Of a DNA stretch of 64,000 nt, positions 54,291 through 63,900 are shown one piece after another. A program made the translations under genes and the position numbers. Positions within the stretch are counted from its first letter, which is position 1. Every line of letters starts with the position of its first letter. Source of the DNA: an uncultured Clostridia bacterium (GTDB taxonomy: Bacteria; Bacillota; Clostridia; Christensenellales; UBA1242); the NCBI GenBank assembly GCA_944348085.1, contig CALVMU010000002.1:4461-68460 (forward strand), given 5' to 3'. Below the pieces are notes generated by a model. It was not told where the DNA came from. It saw nothing but the letters and a program-made list of their open reading frames with translations, and made no database searches.

Positions 54291-55133
54291 TTAATAGCCA
54301 AATTTCTTTAAGCTGTTGTCGCTGTTTCGCCAATCTTTGTCAACCTTGACAAAAATTTTTAAAAGCACCTTGTTGCCAAGCAACTCTTCGGCAAACTCAC
54401 GAGCCTTCTGTCCAATGATTTTAAGAGTCTTGCCTCCCTTGCCAATCACAATGCCTTTGTGGCGCTCCTCTTCCACCACAAGCACAGCCTCAATGATTGT
54501 GAGGTTTTCTTTTTCTTCAAACCTTTCAATTTCAACCGCAATGCCGTGAGGAATTTCATCTTCCAAAATATTCAGTGCATTTTGCCTTATCTCTTCAGCA
54601 ACAATAAACCTCAAGCTTTTATCAGTATAGTCATCCTCTTCAAAAGGAAAGTTTTTTGTTTCGCTCTTTGGCATTTTGTCAATTATGTAGTTTTTCAAGT
54701 CTTCAAGTCCAGTCCCATTTAGCGAAGAAATTTCAAAATCGGCATCAAAATTTTTCAAGCCCTTTTTGTCGATTTTGGTTTTTACAAGAACTTTTGGCTG
54801 TGGAAGATGAGCATAATATTCTTCCTCTTCTTCGTCAAGAGGTTTTGTGCCGTCCGCCAAATACAAGATAAGGTCAACGCCAGAAATTGCACTGCGAACA
54901 TTTTTCATCATTTTTTTGTCAAGTTTGTTTTTGCTTCTGTGAACGCCTGGCGTGTCCACTAGCACAACTTGATAATTTTCGCCATTTAGAACTCCCAAAA
55001 TGTTATCGCGCGTGGTCTGCGGTCTGTTTGTCACAATTGCAACCTTTTGCCCAACAAGAGCATTGACGAGACTGCTTTTTCCCGCATTTGTCTTTCCGAT
55101 AATACCAACATAACCAAAGCTATACATTTTCAC
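54291..55133 (-). CDS. era: GTPase Era
   Basis: G1 GKTNAGKSS, G2 TT, G3 DTPG, G4 KTKID. C-terminal KH domain (GKGGKTLKIIG). Confidence 0.92.
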   Translation of the reverse strand: MKMYSFGYVGIIGKTNAGKSSLVNALVGQKVAIVTNRPQTTRDNILGVLNGENYQVVLVDTPGVHRSKNKLDKKMMKNVRSAISGVDLILYLADGTKPLDEEEEEYYAHLPQPKVLVKTKIDKKGLKNFDADFEISSLNGTGLEDLKNYIIDKMPKSETKNFPFEEDDYTDKSLRFIVAEEIRQNALNILEDEIPHGIAVEIERFEEKENLTIIEAVLVVEEERHKGIVIGKGGKTLKIIGQKAREFAEELLGNKVLLKIFVKVDKDWRNSDNSLKKFGY

Positions 55134-55602
55134 CTCGCTTGATATTCAGGCTTGCCAAAATTTTTTCAGAAACTTCATTCATCACCTTTTCATCTTCCTT
55201 TTCGATATGGTCAAACCCAAGAAGATGCAAAAGCCCATGAAGAGACAAAAAAGCAATTTCGCGTTTTATGCTGTGGCCAAATTGTTTGGCTTGTTCTTTC
55301 GCTCGTTCTTTGCAAATGACGATATCTCCAAGTCTCAACACGCCGTCTGGAGAGACTTCTTCTTCAAATTCGCTGAGTTTTTGCGGATACTTTATGTCAA
55401 GCAAAGGAAAAGAAAGCACGTCGGTCACCTTGTCAACACCTCTAAACTGCTTGTTTAATTCTCTTATTTTTTCGCCTTTTACAAAAGACACATTGACCTC
55501 ACACTCAACGCTAAAATTATCGGTTGAAAAAAGGGCAACTGAAAAAATCTTTTTTATCAATCGTCTTGTAAAAAAATCAATTTTGTGAAACTGTATAACC
55601 AT
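55120..55602 (-). CDS. ybeY: rRNA maturation endoribonuclease YbeY
   Basis: Zinc motif HGLLHLLGFDH. Overlaps era by 14 nt. Confidence 0.92.
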   Translation of the reverse strand: MVIQFHKIDFFTRRLIKKIFSVALFSTDNFSVECEVNVSFVKGEKIRELNKQFRGVDKVTDVLSFPLLDIKYPQKLSEFEEEVSPDGVLRLGDIVICKERAKEQAKQFGHSIKREIAFLSLHGLLHLLGFDHIEKEDEKVMNEVSEKILASLNIKRGENV

Positions 55603-56728
55603 AGCCTTCCCCTATATCGAGCGAGGTTGTGATGATATAGCTTAGATAGAAAACCCCCGCCATTTCTTTTACTGAGCTTTTTTCATCTTTTATTATGGCA
55701 TTTTCTGGCAAATAAATCAAGGTTTTTTGACGAAGATTTTCAAACAAATCATCTTTTTCTTGCTCAAAATTTCTGATTATTTCTGTTGTTTTGGTCTCAT
55801 AAAATGTGTATTTGGTGTAAATCAATGGCAAAATATTGTTTTCAGCAATGTAAGAGCTTGTTTTTTCGCTTTCAAAACTTTCAAAAGTGTTTTCGTTTGT
55901 GTTTGAATAAATTACAAGCCCAAAAAGAGTGACTTCAGAACATTCAATTTTTTGGCCTGTGCGCTCTTCAACAATTTGATATTCATAAAAAACATCTTCT
56001 TTTTCAACCCAAACATCGGCAAAAATTTCAGCTTTTGGTTGCACTGGGCGCTGTTCTCCGTCACCGTCAATGATGTATGGATAAACCAAAATGTCGCCTT
56101 TTTGCACAATATCGCCTTGTTTGACATTCAGCGTGCCTTGAACAAGATTGATTTCGGTCACAAGCCCATCATACTGACTGACAATAGGCTCAAACTCGCC
56201 ATTTAACTCCTCTGGCAAGATCGCCTCGTTTATGTTGACAATCAAGCTTTGTCCAACAATGGCAACACTGACCGAGCTGACAAGTTCAAAATTGTCGCGA
56301 ATTGAAATTTCAAGCCTCTGCGTGTCAATGTTGCCCTTAAAGCGAGAGGTCATGTTTTCTTTCACAAAATTTGCAACTTCGCTTTCGTTAAGTTCATCAC
56401 AACCCCAAACCTCAATTTTGAAAACAAAAAAATATTGAAGGCTGTAAAGCGCAATGCCAATAGCAAGTCCTGCCACCACACCCCACATTTTTAAGATGTT
56501 TAAAATCTTTCGCCTTAAACCTTTGTGAACGGCCGAATAAATCTTGACATTTTGCTGATTTAAAAATTTTTCGACATCTTCTCCATCACTCTCGTCGACT
56601 TCAAATTCAATAAAGCCATCACGCTGTTTAACATCATAGATAACAAACTGCTGGGAAATTTTGTTGAAGATTTTTTCTCTGTTTAACGATTTGATTTTAA
56701 AATGGGAGCGCGCTTTTTTTCTTATCAA
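55577..56728 (-). CDS. yqfD: YqfD-like (stage IV sporulation) membrane protein
   Basis: Its size, single central TM helix (VVAGLAIGIALYSLQYFFVF) and position between yqfC and ybeY match the Bacillus/Clostridia yqfC-yqfD...ybeY...era cluster. The TTG start overlaps the yqfC stop (TTGA). Confidence 0.65.
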   Translation of the reverse strand: MIRKKARSHFKIKSLNREKIFNKISQQFVIYDVKQRDGFIEFEVDESDGEDVEKFLNQQNVKIYSAVHKGLRRKILNILKMWGVVAGLAIGIALYSLQYFFVFKIEVWGCDELNESEVANFVKENMTSRFKGNIDTQRLEISIRDNFELVSSVSVAIVGQSLIVNINEAILPEELNGEFEPIVSQYDGLVTEINLVQGTLNVKQGDIVQKGDILVYPYIIDGDGEQRPVQPKAEIFADVWVEKEDVFYEYQIVEERTGQKIECSEVTLFGLVIYSNTNENTFESFESEKTSSYIAENNILPLIYTKYTFYETKTTEIIRNFEQEKDDLFENLRQKTLIYLPENAIIKDEKSSVKEMAGVFYLSYIITTSLDIGEGYGYTVSQN

Positions 56729-56988
56729 AACTCTTCCACCTTTTTGATGTTGCCTTCAATCTTCATAGTGTTTTGGCTAAGCTCGCTTAAAACGAGGTCG
56801 CTTCCGCTAACTTCAACTCTGCCCTTTTTGACTTTAAAGGCAATAAGGCTGTCCGTCAAAATAGTAAGACCCAAATGCCCTTCAACATACAAAATCTTGC
56901 CAGAAAGATTGATAAGGTTATAGCTGTTTAAGATGTTTTGGTCTATTTTTTTTAAATTGCCCTTTATCTCGTCAAAAAAGTTAAACAT
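56725..56988 (-). CDS. yqfC: YqfC-like sporulation protein
   Basis: 87 aa. LSGKILYVEGHLGLTILTDSLIAFKVKKGRVEVSGSDLVLSELSQNTMKIEGNIKKVEF fits the YqfC pattern (...IENH.G.L......I.....G.L.I.G..L.I.......I.G.I). Confidence 0.65.
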   Translation of the reverse strand: MFNFFDEIKGNLKKIDQNILNSYNLINLSGKILYVEGHLGLTILTDSLIAFKVKKGRVEVSGSDLVLSELSQNTMKIEGNIKKVEEF

Positions 56989-57089
56989 ATCGCTCCCATT
57001 TTATACAAAGTAAATATATGTTGAAAAATGGTCAATCATGCTTTGTCAAATCAATCTTTTACACAAAAAAAGGCGCTTTTTCTTTGCGC

Positions 57090-57665
57090 CTAATCTTCAA
57101 ATTTATTGAAAACATTTCCAAGCAGAAGAGCCTTGACTTTGTTTGGAAGTTTGCTCATCTGTTTGACTAAATTTTTGTTTGCAACCACTCTAGAATAAGA
57201 ATGCTCATTCATAAAATCATCAAATTCTTTGTCGCGGTCATGTTGATTTGCTGTCTCTTGCGAAAATTTTCGTGTAAACCTTTCGTTTTCTGCAATATAT
57301 GGAGAGGAATGTTCTTCAACCAAATCTTGAAAAGTTGTTTCAGTTTTAGTTTCTTGATTTTCCTCTGAATTTTCACTTAGTTTTTCAATTTCCACCGTTT
57401 TATTCAGCTTTTTTTGCAGTTTTTCTGTTTTTATGGTGGCTTTTTGCTGATTTTTTTGTTTCTTAAGTTGTTTTTTGGTTGTTTTGTCAGTTGTGGTGTT
57501 TGCAGAAACTGCCTCACCTGCTCCCATTTTTCGATATTTTTCAATCTGGTCGTCAAGGTTGTGCTTAGAATTTCGACTTCCAATCACTTTAAAAGCAATA
57601 AGAAGCGCAATGATAAGCACGCCACAAATCGAACAAACAACAATGATTGCTGTCATATTTCCCAT
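57090..57665 (-). CDS. Hypothetical N-terminally anchored, Lys/Gln-rich protein (at the position of B. subtilis yqfB)
   Basis: TM helix AIIVVCSICGVLIIALLIAF followed by a low-complexity charged region. The start abuts the floA stop. Confidence 0.5.
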   Translation of the reverse strand: MGNMTAIIVVCSICGVLIIALLIAFKVIGSRNSKHNLDDQIEKYRKMGAGEAVSANTTTDKTTKKQLKKQKNQQKATIKTEKLQKKLNKTVEIEKLSENSEENQETKTETTFQDLVEEHSSPYIAENERFTRKFSQETANQHDRDKEFDDFMNEHSYSRVVANKNLVKQMSKLPNKVKALLLGNVFNKFED

Positions 57666-58711
57666 TATTCATCATCTCCAAAAATGTCGTCATCGTCAGA
57701 GTCAGAATCATCAGTGTCATCATCACTGTTTGAAATAATGCTTCGGCGAAGCGCTGTGTCAGCCTGCAAATTCATAAGTTTGTAATAGTCCATAACTGAG
57801 AAGCGTCCCTCTTTTATGGCCTGAGAAATTGCATTTGGAATTTGAGCCTCAGCTTCCAGCAAGCTGGCCTTTGTTTCCTCAGTTTGAGTTCGAGCGCGAA
57901 GTTCTTTCATCTCTTCTGCGTTTTTCATGCGGTCTGCCTGCATTTGAGCATAAACGCGCTCTTTCTCTGCTTTCTTAACTTCCATTTCAAGATTGATGTC
58001 GCGCACAATAGAAACATTTGCAACTCTTGCATCTTGAATTATATAAGCGCTGTCGTGGCTTGCTTCGGCAAAATTTATATCTCTGACTAAAATTTGAGGA
58101 TCATTGAAAATTTGATTTTTTTCAAATTGAGGAATTTTTTTGATAACATTTTCAATGACAAACGACTTGATTTTATCAGTTGAAAGACCAAAAAGATATT
58201 TGTGAATTTGAAGCTTCAAAATCAAATTGACTTCAACTGTAAGTTCATAATTGTCCTTTGTGATTCCTTTGATGTTTTCAACATTTTGACTTGCAAGCTC
58301 GACTGCAGATTTAACGATTTCAAGCGAATCTTTTGTGCGAATTTCAAGCGCAGAAGCAAGCGAGAAAGGCAAAGTGATTTGAGCTTCTTTTGCAAGTTTC
58401 ATGGCAGAGACAACATTTTTTGCGTTTCCACCAGCCAAAATAACCGACTCAATTTCGTCAACTTTGATTGCAACACCAGATTTTTTTGCTAAAATATACG
58501 CTTCAACAAGTGTCATTGGGTCAATTTTACAATTTTTCAGTGATGTAAGTTTTGCCATCGAAATGTGTGCTTTTGAAATTAAAGAAGTAAAATATGCTTT
58601 GACAGGAACGATAACTAAAAGCAAAATGATAGCAATCAAAAGGATTGCGCCAATAACTGTAAATGTGATCTCAACTGCACCAAAAGCGCCAAGCATTGAA
58701 AAAGCGTTCAT
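57665..58711 (-). CDS. floA: Flotillin-like protein FloA (YqfA/UPF0365) with an acidic C-terminal tail
   Basis: N-terminal TM hairpin, then ...LVEAYILAKKSGV...ILAGGNAKNVVSAMKLAKEAQI.L.F..A.A..., colinear with B. subtilis FloA. RBS AGGAGG. The tail is SNSDDDTDDSDSDDDDIFGDDE. Confidence 0.8.
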   Translation of the reverse strand: MNAFSMLGAFGAVEITFTVIGAILLIAIILLLVIVPVKAYFTSLISKAHISMAKLTSLKNCKIDPMTLVEAYILAKKSGVAIKVDEIESVILAGGNAKNVVSAMKLAKEAQITLPFSLASALEIRTKDSLEIVKSAVELASQNVENIKGITKDNYELTVEVNLILKLQIHKYLFGLSTDKIKSFVIENVIKKIPQFEKNQIFNDPQILVRDINFAEASHDSAYIIQDARVANVSIVRDINLEMEVKKAEKERVYAQMQADRMKNAEEMKELRARTQTEETKASLLEAEAQIPNAISQAIKEGRFSVMDYYKLMNLQADTALRRSIISNSDDDTDDSDSDDDDIFGDDE

Positions 58712-58791
58712 AATTCCTCCTATGTTTTACATACACATTATATCACAACATTTTCAACTTGTAAATAGGCAATTTGGACAAAAATGAGATT

Positions 58792-59619
58792 TTATTTTTT
58801 AATAAACGAACGCTGATAATAAAATAAATATTGCTGTGCATAGCCTGAAAGAACGCCAAACTGATTGATCAAATTGTTTCTTATCTGCTCACGGTTTTCA
58901 AGAGGCTGATAAAACTGGTTATACATTTGTTTAATCCAAGTGTCGACAGGAAAAACATCGCCTCGACCAAAGCCAAAAAGCAAAACACAGTCGGCAACTT
59001 TTGGGCCAACACCGGCAAGCTCGATAAGTTTTTCACGCAACGATTTTGTGTCAAGACTCTGATAATTTTCAAGAGTTTGCTCGTCGATTTGTCTTAAAAC
59101 CTTGTAAAGATAGCTCGCTCGATAGCCACAACCTGCCTGTTTGAAAAATTCTTCATCTTTGCTTAAAAGTTGAGCGCGCGTCGGAAAACTTTTTCTCTTG
59201 TTTTCATTTTCAAAAGCCTTGCGCAAATTGTTTAAAATAAGTTTGATGCGCTTTATGTTGTTGTTTGCCGAGATGATAAAAGAAATAAGAGTTTCAAACA
59301 AATTTTGTTTCAAAATTCTGATGCCATAGCCAAATTCTAGCGGTTTTTTCAAAATTTCAATCGAAGAAAGAGAGTTTTTGATTTTGCTGTAATCGGTCTT
59401 TAAGTCAAAATAATTTTCAAAATAATCTGGCGTTTCAGTCAAAATTTGATAGCAATTTTCTTTTTCAACAATCTTTGCAAACTTGTCTTCTGGAAACACG
59501 ACATAGTTCTCTTCCTGTTTGTCAAAGCAAAAAACTTGTCCGCACTCCAAAATATGCTCTGGATTGAACTGACTTTTATCGTAAACCTCTATTTTGTCAT
59601 CAAACTTTTTGTATAACAT
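58792..59619 (-). CDS. ogg: 8-oxoguanine DNA glycosylase/AP lyase (Ogg, HhH-GPD family)
   Basis: HhH-GPD motif LIELAGVGPKVADCVLLFGFGRGDVFPVDTWI with the catalytic Lys and Asp. Confidence 0.85.
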   Translation of the reverse strand: MLYKKFDDKIEVYDKSQFNPEHILECGQVFCFDKQEENYVVFPEDKFAKIVEKENCYQILTETPDYFENYFDLKTDYSKIKNSLSSIEILKKPLEFGYGIRILKQNLFETLISFIISANNNIKRIKLILNNLRKAFENENKRKSFPTRAQLLSKDEEFFKQAGCGYRASYLYKVLRQIDEQTLENYQSLDTKSLREKLIELAGVGPKVADCVLLFGFGRGDVFPVDTWIKQMYNQFYQPLENREQIRNNLINQFGVLSGYAQQYLFYYQRSFIKK

Positions 59620-59682
59620 ATCTTCTCCTTTTGATAGTTACAAATCAAATCGCATTATAATAGCGTATTTGAAAAACATATT

Positions 59683-59710
59683 AAAAAAGCAGGCTTTTAT
59701 AGCCCGCCTT
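59683..59710 (-). terminator. Terminator of the rplU-prp-rpmA operon
   Basis: Minus-strand GCGGGC-UAUAAAA-GCCUGC followed by UUUUUU. Confidence 0.55.
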
Positions 59711-59713
59711 GAA

Positions 59714-59989
59714 TTATTCTGCTACGACAGCAACAACTTTTTTTCCGTTGCTTACGCCAAATTTAACAACGCCATCGCAAAGGGCAAACAAAGTGTAATC
59801 TTTTCCAAGACCAACATTGGCACCTGGATAAACCTTTGTTCCTTTTTGTCTAACTATGATACTGCCTGCAGTAACTTTTTGTCCACCATAAGCTTTAACA
59901 CCAAGGCGTTTGCTTTGAGAGTCACGACCGTTTTTAGTGCTTCCACCACCCTTTTTGTGAGCAAAAAGTTGAGCGTTAAACTTAAACAT
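59714..59989 (-). CDS. rpmA: 50S ribosomal protein L27 (with Prp-cleavable N-terminal extension)
   Basis: [32 protein letters not shown]... Confidence 0.97.
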   Translation of the reverse strand: MFKFNAQLFAHKKGGGSTKNGRDSQSKRLGVKAYGGQKVTAGSIIVRQKGTKVYPGANVGLGKDYTLFALCDGVVKFGVSNGKKVVAVVAE

Positions 59990-60305
59990 TTTTTACCTCC
60001 AATTTTGCAAATTTTTCTTCACCTTCGATGATTGATTTAAAGCTATAGAAGCAGGTTTTGAAAAGATATTGAATTTTCTCTTCTTTTGCCTTTTGCTCTG
60101 AGACCATGATTTTTAAAAAACCGTCAGAAATCTCTCTAAAAGATGCGTTTTTTTCAATTTCGTCAATGCCAACAACTGCAAGTTGCGCAACTGTTGAAAT
60201 TTGAGCGCACAAGAGATCTTTGCCATAGTCATCTTTGCCAGTATGCCCTGAAACTTCAAATCCAAGATAAAGGTTGTTTTGTTTAAAAAAAGTAATTCTT
60301 GTCAT
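59982..60305 (-). CDS. prp: Ribosomal-processing cysteine protease Prp
   Basis: SGHTG...[12 protein letters not shown] (His/Cys dyad). It sits between rplU and rpmA. Confidence 0.9.
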   Translation of the reverse strand: MTRITFFKQNNLYLGFEVSGHTGKDDYGKDLLCAQISTVAQLAVVGIDEIEKNASFREISDGFLKIMVSEQKAKEEKIQYLFKTCFYSFKSIIEGEEKFAKLEVKNV

Positions 60306-60313
60306 ATTATGCC

Positions 60314-60622
60314 TTACTTTTTGATTGATACAATTTTAATTTGAGTGAATGGTTGTCTGTGACCTTGTTTCTTTCTTTCGTTCTTCTTAGGCTTATATTT
60401 GAAAACTACGATTTTATCGCCTTTGCCATGAGAGACAATTTCAGCTTCACAAACAGCATCTTTCACAGATGGATTGCCAGCAACAACTTTGCCGTTGTCA
60501 GAAATCAAAAGAACATCAAGTTGAACTTTATCGCCAACAGGTCTGTCAAGTTTTTCAACAGAGATGATGTCGCCTTCGCTGACTTTGTATTGCTTTCCAC
60601 CAGTTTGAACAATAGCAAACAT
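60314..60622 (-). CDS. rplU: 50S ribosomal protein L21
   Basis: MFAIVQTGGKQYKVSEGD... RBS GAGGAGG. The ORF-track extension to 60667 is rejected. Confidence 0.95.
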   Translation of the reverse strand: MFAIVQTGGKQYKVSEGDIISVEKLDRPVGDKVQLDVLLISDNGKVVAGNPSVKDAVCEAEIVSHGKGDKIVVFKYKPKKNERKKQGHRQPFTQIKIVSIKK

Positions 60623-60716
60623 ATTTTTTACCTCCTCTAACCAAACTCGCTGTTTAACAGGTGTCAAATTGTTTTGATTTGAACTTCAAAAACCCTACAC
60701 ATGCGGATACTGTTTG

Positions 60717-60745
60717 AGTATACCATAGCAAAAACTTTTTGTCAA
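60717..60745 (-). promoter_or_regulatory. Promoter of the rplU operon
   Basis: The minus strand has TTGACA, a 17-nt spacer and TGgTATACT, leaving a ~90-nt leader before rplU. Confidence 0.6.
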
Positions 60746-60892
60746 GAAAAATATGGTTTTTCTTTAAAATAAAAGCAAAATTTTAAATTGCAACAAGTTT
60801 TATTTTTATCTTTTTTAAAATATCTTATTTAAAACAAATTCAATTTTCACCTTTCAAACTTTGACCTAAAACAATTTTTCTGCCTTTGCAAA

Positions 60893-60924
60893 ACAAAAAA
60901 ACTCACTTAAAGTGAGCTTTTTTG
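60893..60924 (-). terminator. Terminator after the Ig-like surface protein gene
   Basis: A-run, CTCACT-TAA-AGTGAG, T-run. It could work in both directions. Confidence 0.55.
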
Positions 60925-60925
60925 A

Positions 60926-63900
60926 TTATTTTTTCTTAGATTTGTTTTCTCTTACTTTAGAAACAACGAAGTAGATTACAACACCAGCCAAGATTGCAAC
61001 TGAAACTCCAATCAAAACTTGTCCAACAATTTCTTGAACATTTACTGGAGTTGAAGTTCCGTCATCACCAACTGTGAATGAGAACTCTCTTGTTGTGCTT
61101 GTGTTTCCAGCTGCATCTCGAACATAGATTGAAACGGTATAGCTTCCTTCCTCTTTAATCTCGTAAGAGTATGCATAATCTCCAGGAACATCAGAAGTGT
61201 TTGAAAGAGTTGTGGTTGTGTTTGTGCTTGTGTTTCTCACCTGAATGACAAGTCTGTCAAGAAGAGTGTTTCTGTCAGTTGTTGTTTCGTCTTCAACTGT
61301 GATTTTGTCAACTTGAATGTCAATAACATCACCTACATTGTAAGTTGATTTAATGAATGCATTGTTTGTGTTGTCAATTTCAATAGTTGGAGCAATAACA
61401 TCACCTACAGAAAGCTCGTAAGAAATTGTCTTGGTTGAGCCAACAGGTTGCCCCATGCTGTTTTTAGCGGCAACGGTGTAAGTGAGAGTATATCTTCCAT
61501 TTGTGTTGAGAAGAAGAACAAGGTTGCCATTGTCATCATAAGTAAGGTCACTGTTTGTCATATTGTTCCAGTTGTTTAAACTTACTGTTGCAATAGTTCT
61601 TGTAGTGCTTCCTGTTGCAACTGAAATTGAAACATTTGTTCTATCCTCGTCGGTCTCTCCACTTCCTGAAACTTCAAAGTCTGGTCTCTTGATAATGATA
61701 GATTGGTTTGTGTCTGCAAATTTTGTTGTTTCATAGTCAGATTCATCCATATTAAGATTTACAGCAACTTCGCCAGCAGTGTATGTTATGATTGGGCTTG
61801 TCATGTGGTGAAGAGTCACAATGCGAGACTCGCCGTCATCACCATAAGTTGGAAGCTTGTCGATTGCCATTTCCTTGCCAATTCCAAGTAGGCTTGTGTT
61901 TATTCTAAGTTCATATCCTGTCTCAGTTTTTTCAGCATAGATATAGTAAACATCACCTGCAGTGGCAGTTCCGCCTGTAACAGTCTCAGTTCCTTCAGCT
62001 TTGTAAGCAAGCACCTGTGCACCAGTTACTGAGTTTGTAGACATGAAAAGTTTGCCATTTGCTGCGCCTGTGCTGTCAAAATACTCCTCATCAGTTGAAT
62101 AGCTGATAACAAACACATCATAACGAAGTTGATATGTTCCTCTTGAGTTTGCTGTGAAGCTTGTTTGAGAAAGCTCATAATCATTGTTGTCTGCAGAGAT
62201 TACTGAAACTGTGTAGTAACTTGATGTGTTTTCACTGTCAAGGTCAGAAATTCCGATATAGCCAATTCCTTCGCTGTCAGAAACTGAAAGTCTAGGAGCT
62301 GGAAGGTTTTGTGCTTCTCCAATCACGATTTCTCTGTTTGTAGAGCTGATATTTGTGATTTCTGGCGCTTCAACAACAGGAACTTCTGTCACATGATATG
62401 AGAAATAGGTTGTGATTGAATGTCTGCCTGCATCACTTACAGTTACCGCAACGATATAGTCTCCACCTGTTGCAGCGTTGAATGAACCTGCTTCAAGCAC
62501 GAAACTTCCGGTAATAGAATCATAGTAAGTTGACATGTTTGAGCTGTGAACAATTGTTTGAGATGTAGGGTCGTCTGCATCAACTTTATAAACTACAACG
62601 CCAGCGTTCATATATTGTGGCAAGTTGTCTTGATAGTAAAGTGTTGGAAGAACGATTGTTTCGTTGTTTACATAACCTGTTTCGTCAGATTTAACAACTT
62701 GATAAAGTGAAGGAGCAACAGTGTCTTCAATGTTTGAAACATAGCATTGTTTGTCATAGAAGCCCACATTGCCTTGGTCATCAATTGCGTATGAGAAAAA
62801 TTCAATATACGCAGCATCTTTAGGCTTGTTTGCAAGTCTGATTTCATATTCGTCTTCGCCTTCAAGAATTGTCCAGCCAGAAGAGGTCACAACATTGTTT
62901 CCATCCGCTTGAATATACCATTTATTTGATGCGATGCCAACTTTTGAAGCTTCATTGATAACATATTTAATTTCGCTTCCAACAGTTGTGATTGGATTTC
63001 TACTTGAGTCAAGATATCTGTAAGCTGTGTGAATTTCAACTCTGCTGTCACCACCCTTGTCTGAAGCGGTTGGCGCAGTCAGAGTTATGGTGTCATCATC
63101 AAGATAAGATGATTGAAGGTCTGTTGAATAAAGAATAGATGGAACAGCTGAATCGTCAGCATTTTCAACAACTTCCACTTCAAAGAGGATTTCTTTTGCA
63201 CTGTTTGTTGAAACATTGTCGCTTGCAACATAATAGAATCTGTATGTCTGCTCTGAGAAATCTGCATTTGTTGTGTTTGGAGTGATATATGCATATCCTC
63301 TTTCAAGAAGCTGCTCGTCAGTTTGCTCTGAGCCATATTCTGATCCAGTCACGGGGTCAACAGTTCTGCTTCTTGTCACGATACGATAGTTGTTGGTCAT
63401 CAACCACTCTTTGATTGTTGTTTCGTTTGCTTCAGTGTCGCCAGTAAGAGTGATGCCTTCCAAAGTCATTTGGCGTCTGATTTGATAGTTATCGTCATAG
63501 ATTGACCTATAAACACCTTTTGAGCCATCTTTTTCGGCTTTAAAGATAAGGTTATAGTTGTTGTAAGATGTGATTTCATAGAGAAGTGAACCTGTTGCAG
63601 TTCTAATTCTTCTAGTTAAAGTTAACTCTCCCTCGTCAACATAGTTGTCGCTTCCACCAATTGCATACATAATGATGTTGCGGTTGACAGTTTGAGATTT
63701 CAAAAGGTTTTCTGCGCTCTTGTATGAGCCGTCTTCATTTTTAGCGTTTTCGTCGCCTGCATCATAAACATAAGGTGTGGCTTCAAGTGTGTCAGCAACA
63801 TCAACGATTGTAAATTCTGTTGTCGCAGTGTGTCCATAGAAATCGGTTGCAGTATAGACAAATCTATAGTCACCAGGTTCAGGCGCTTTGAAGTTGTTAT

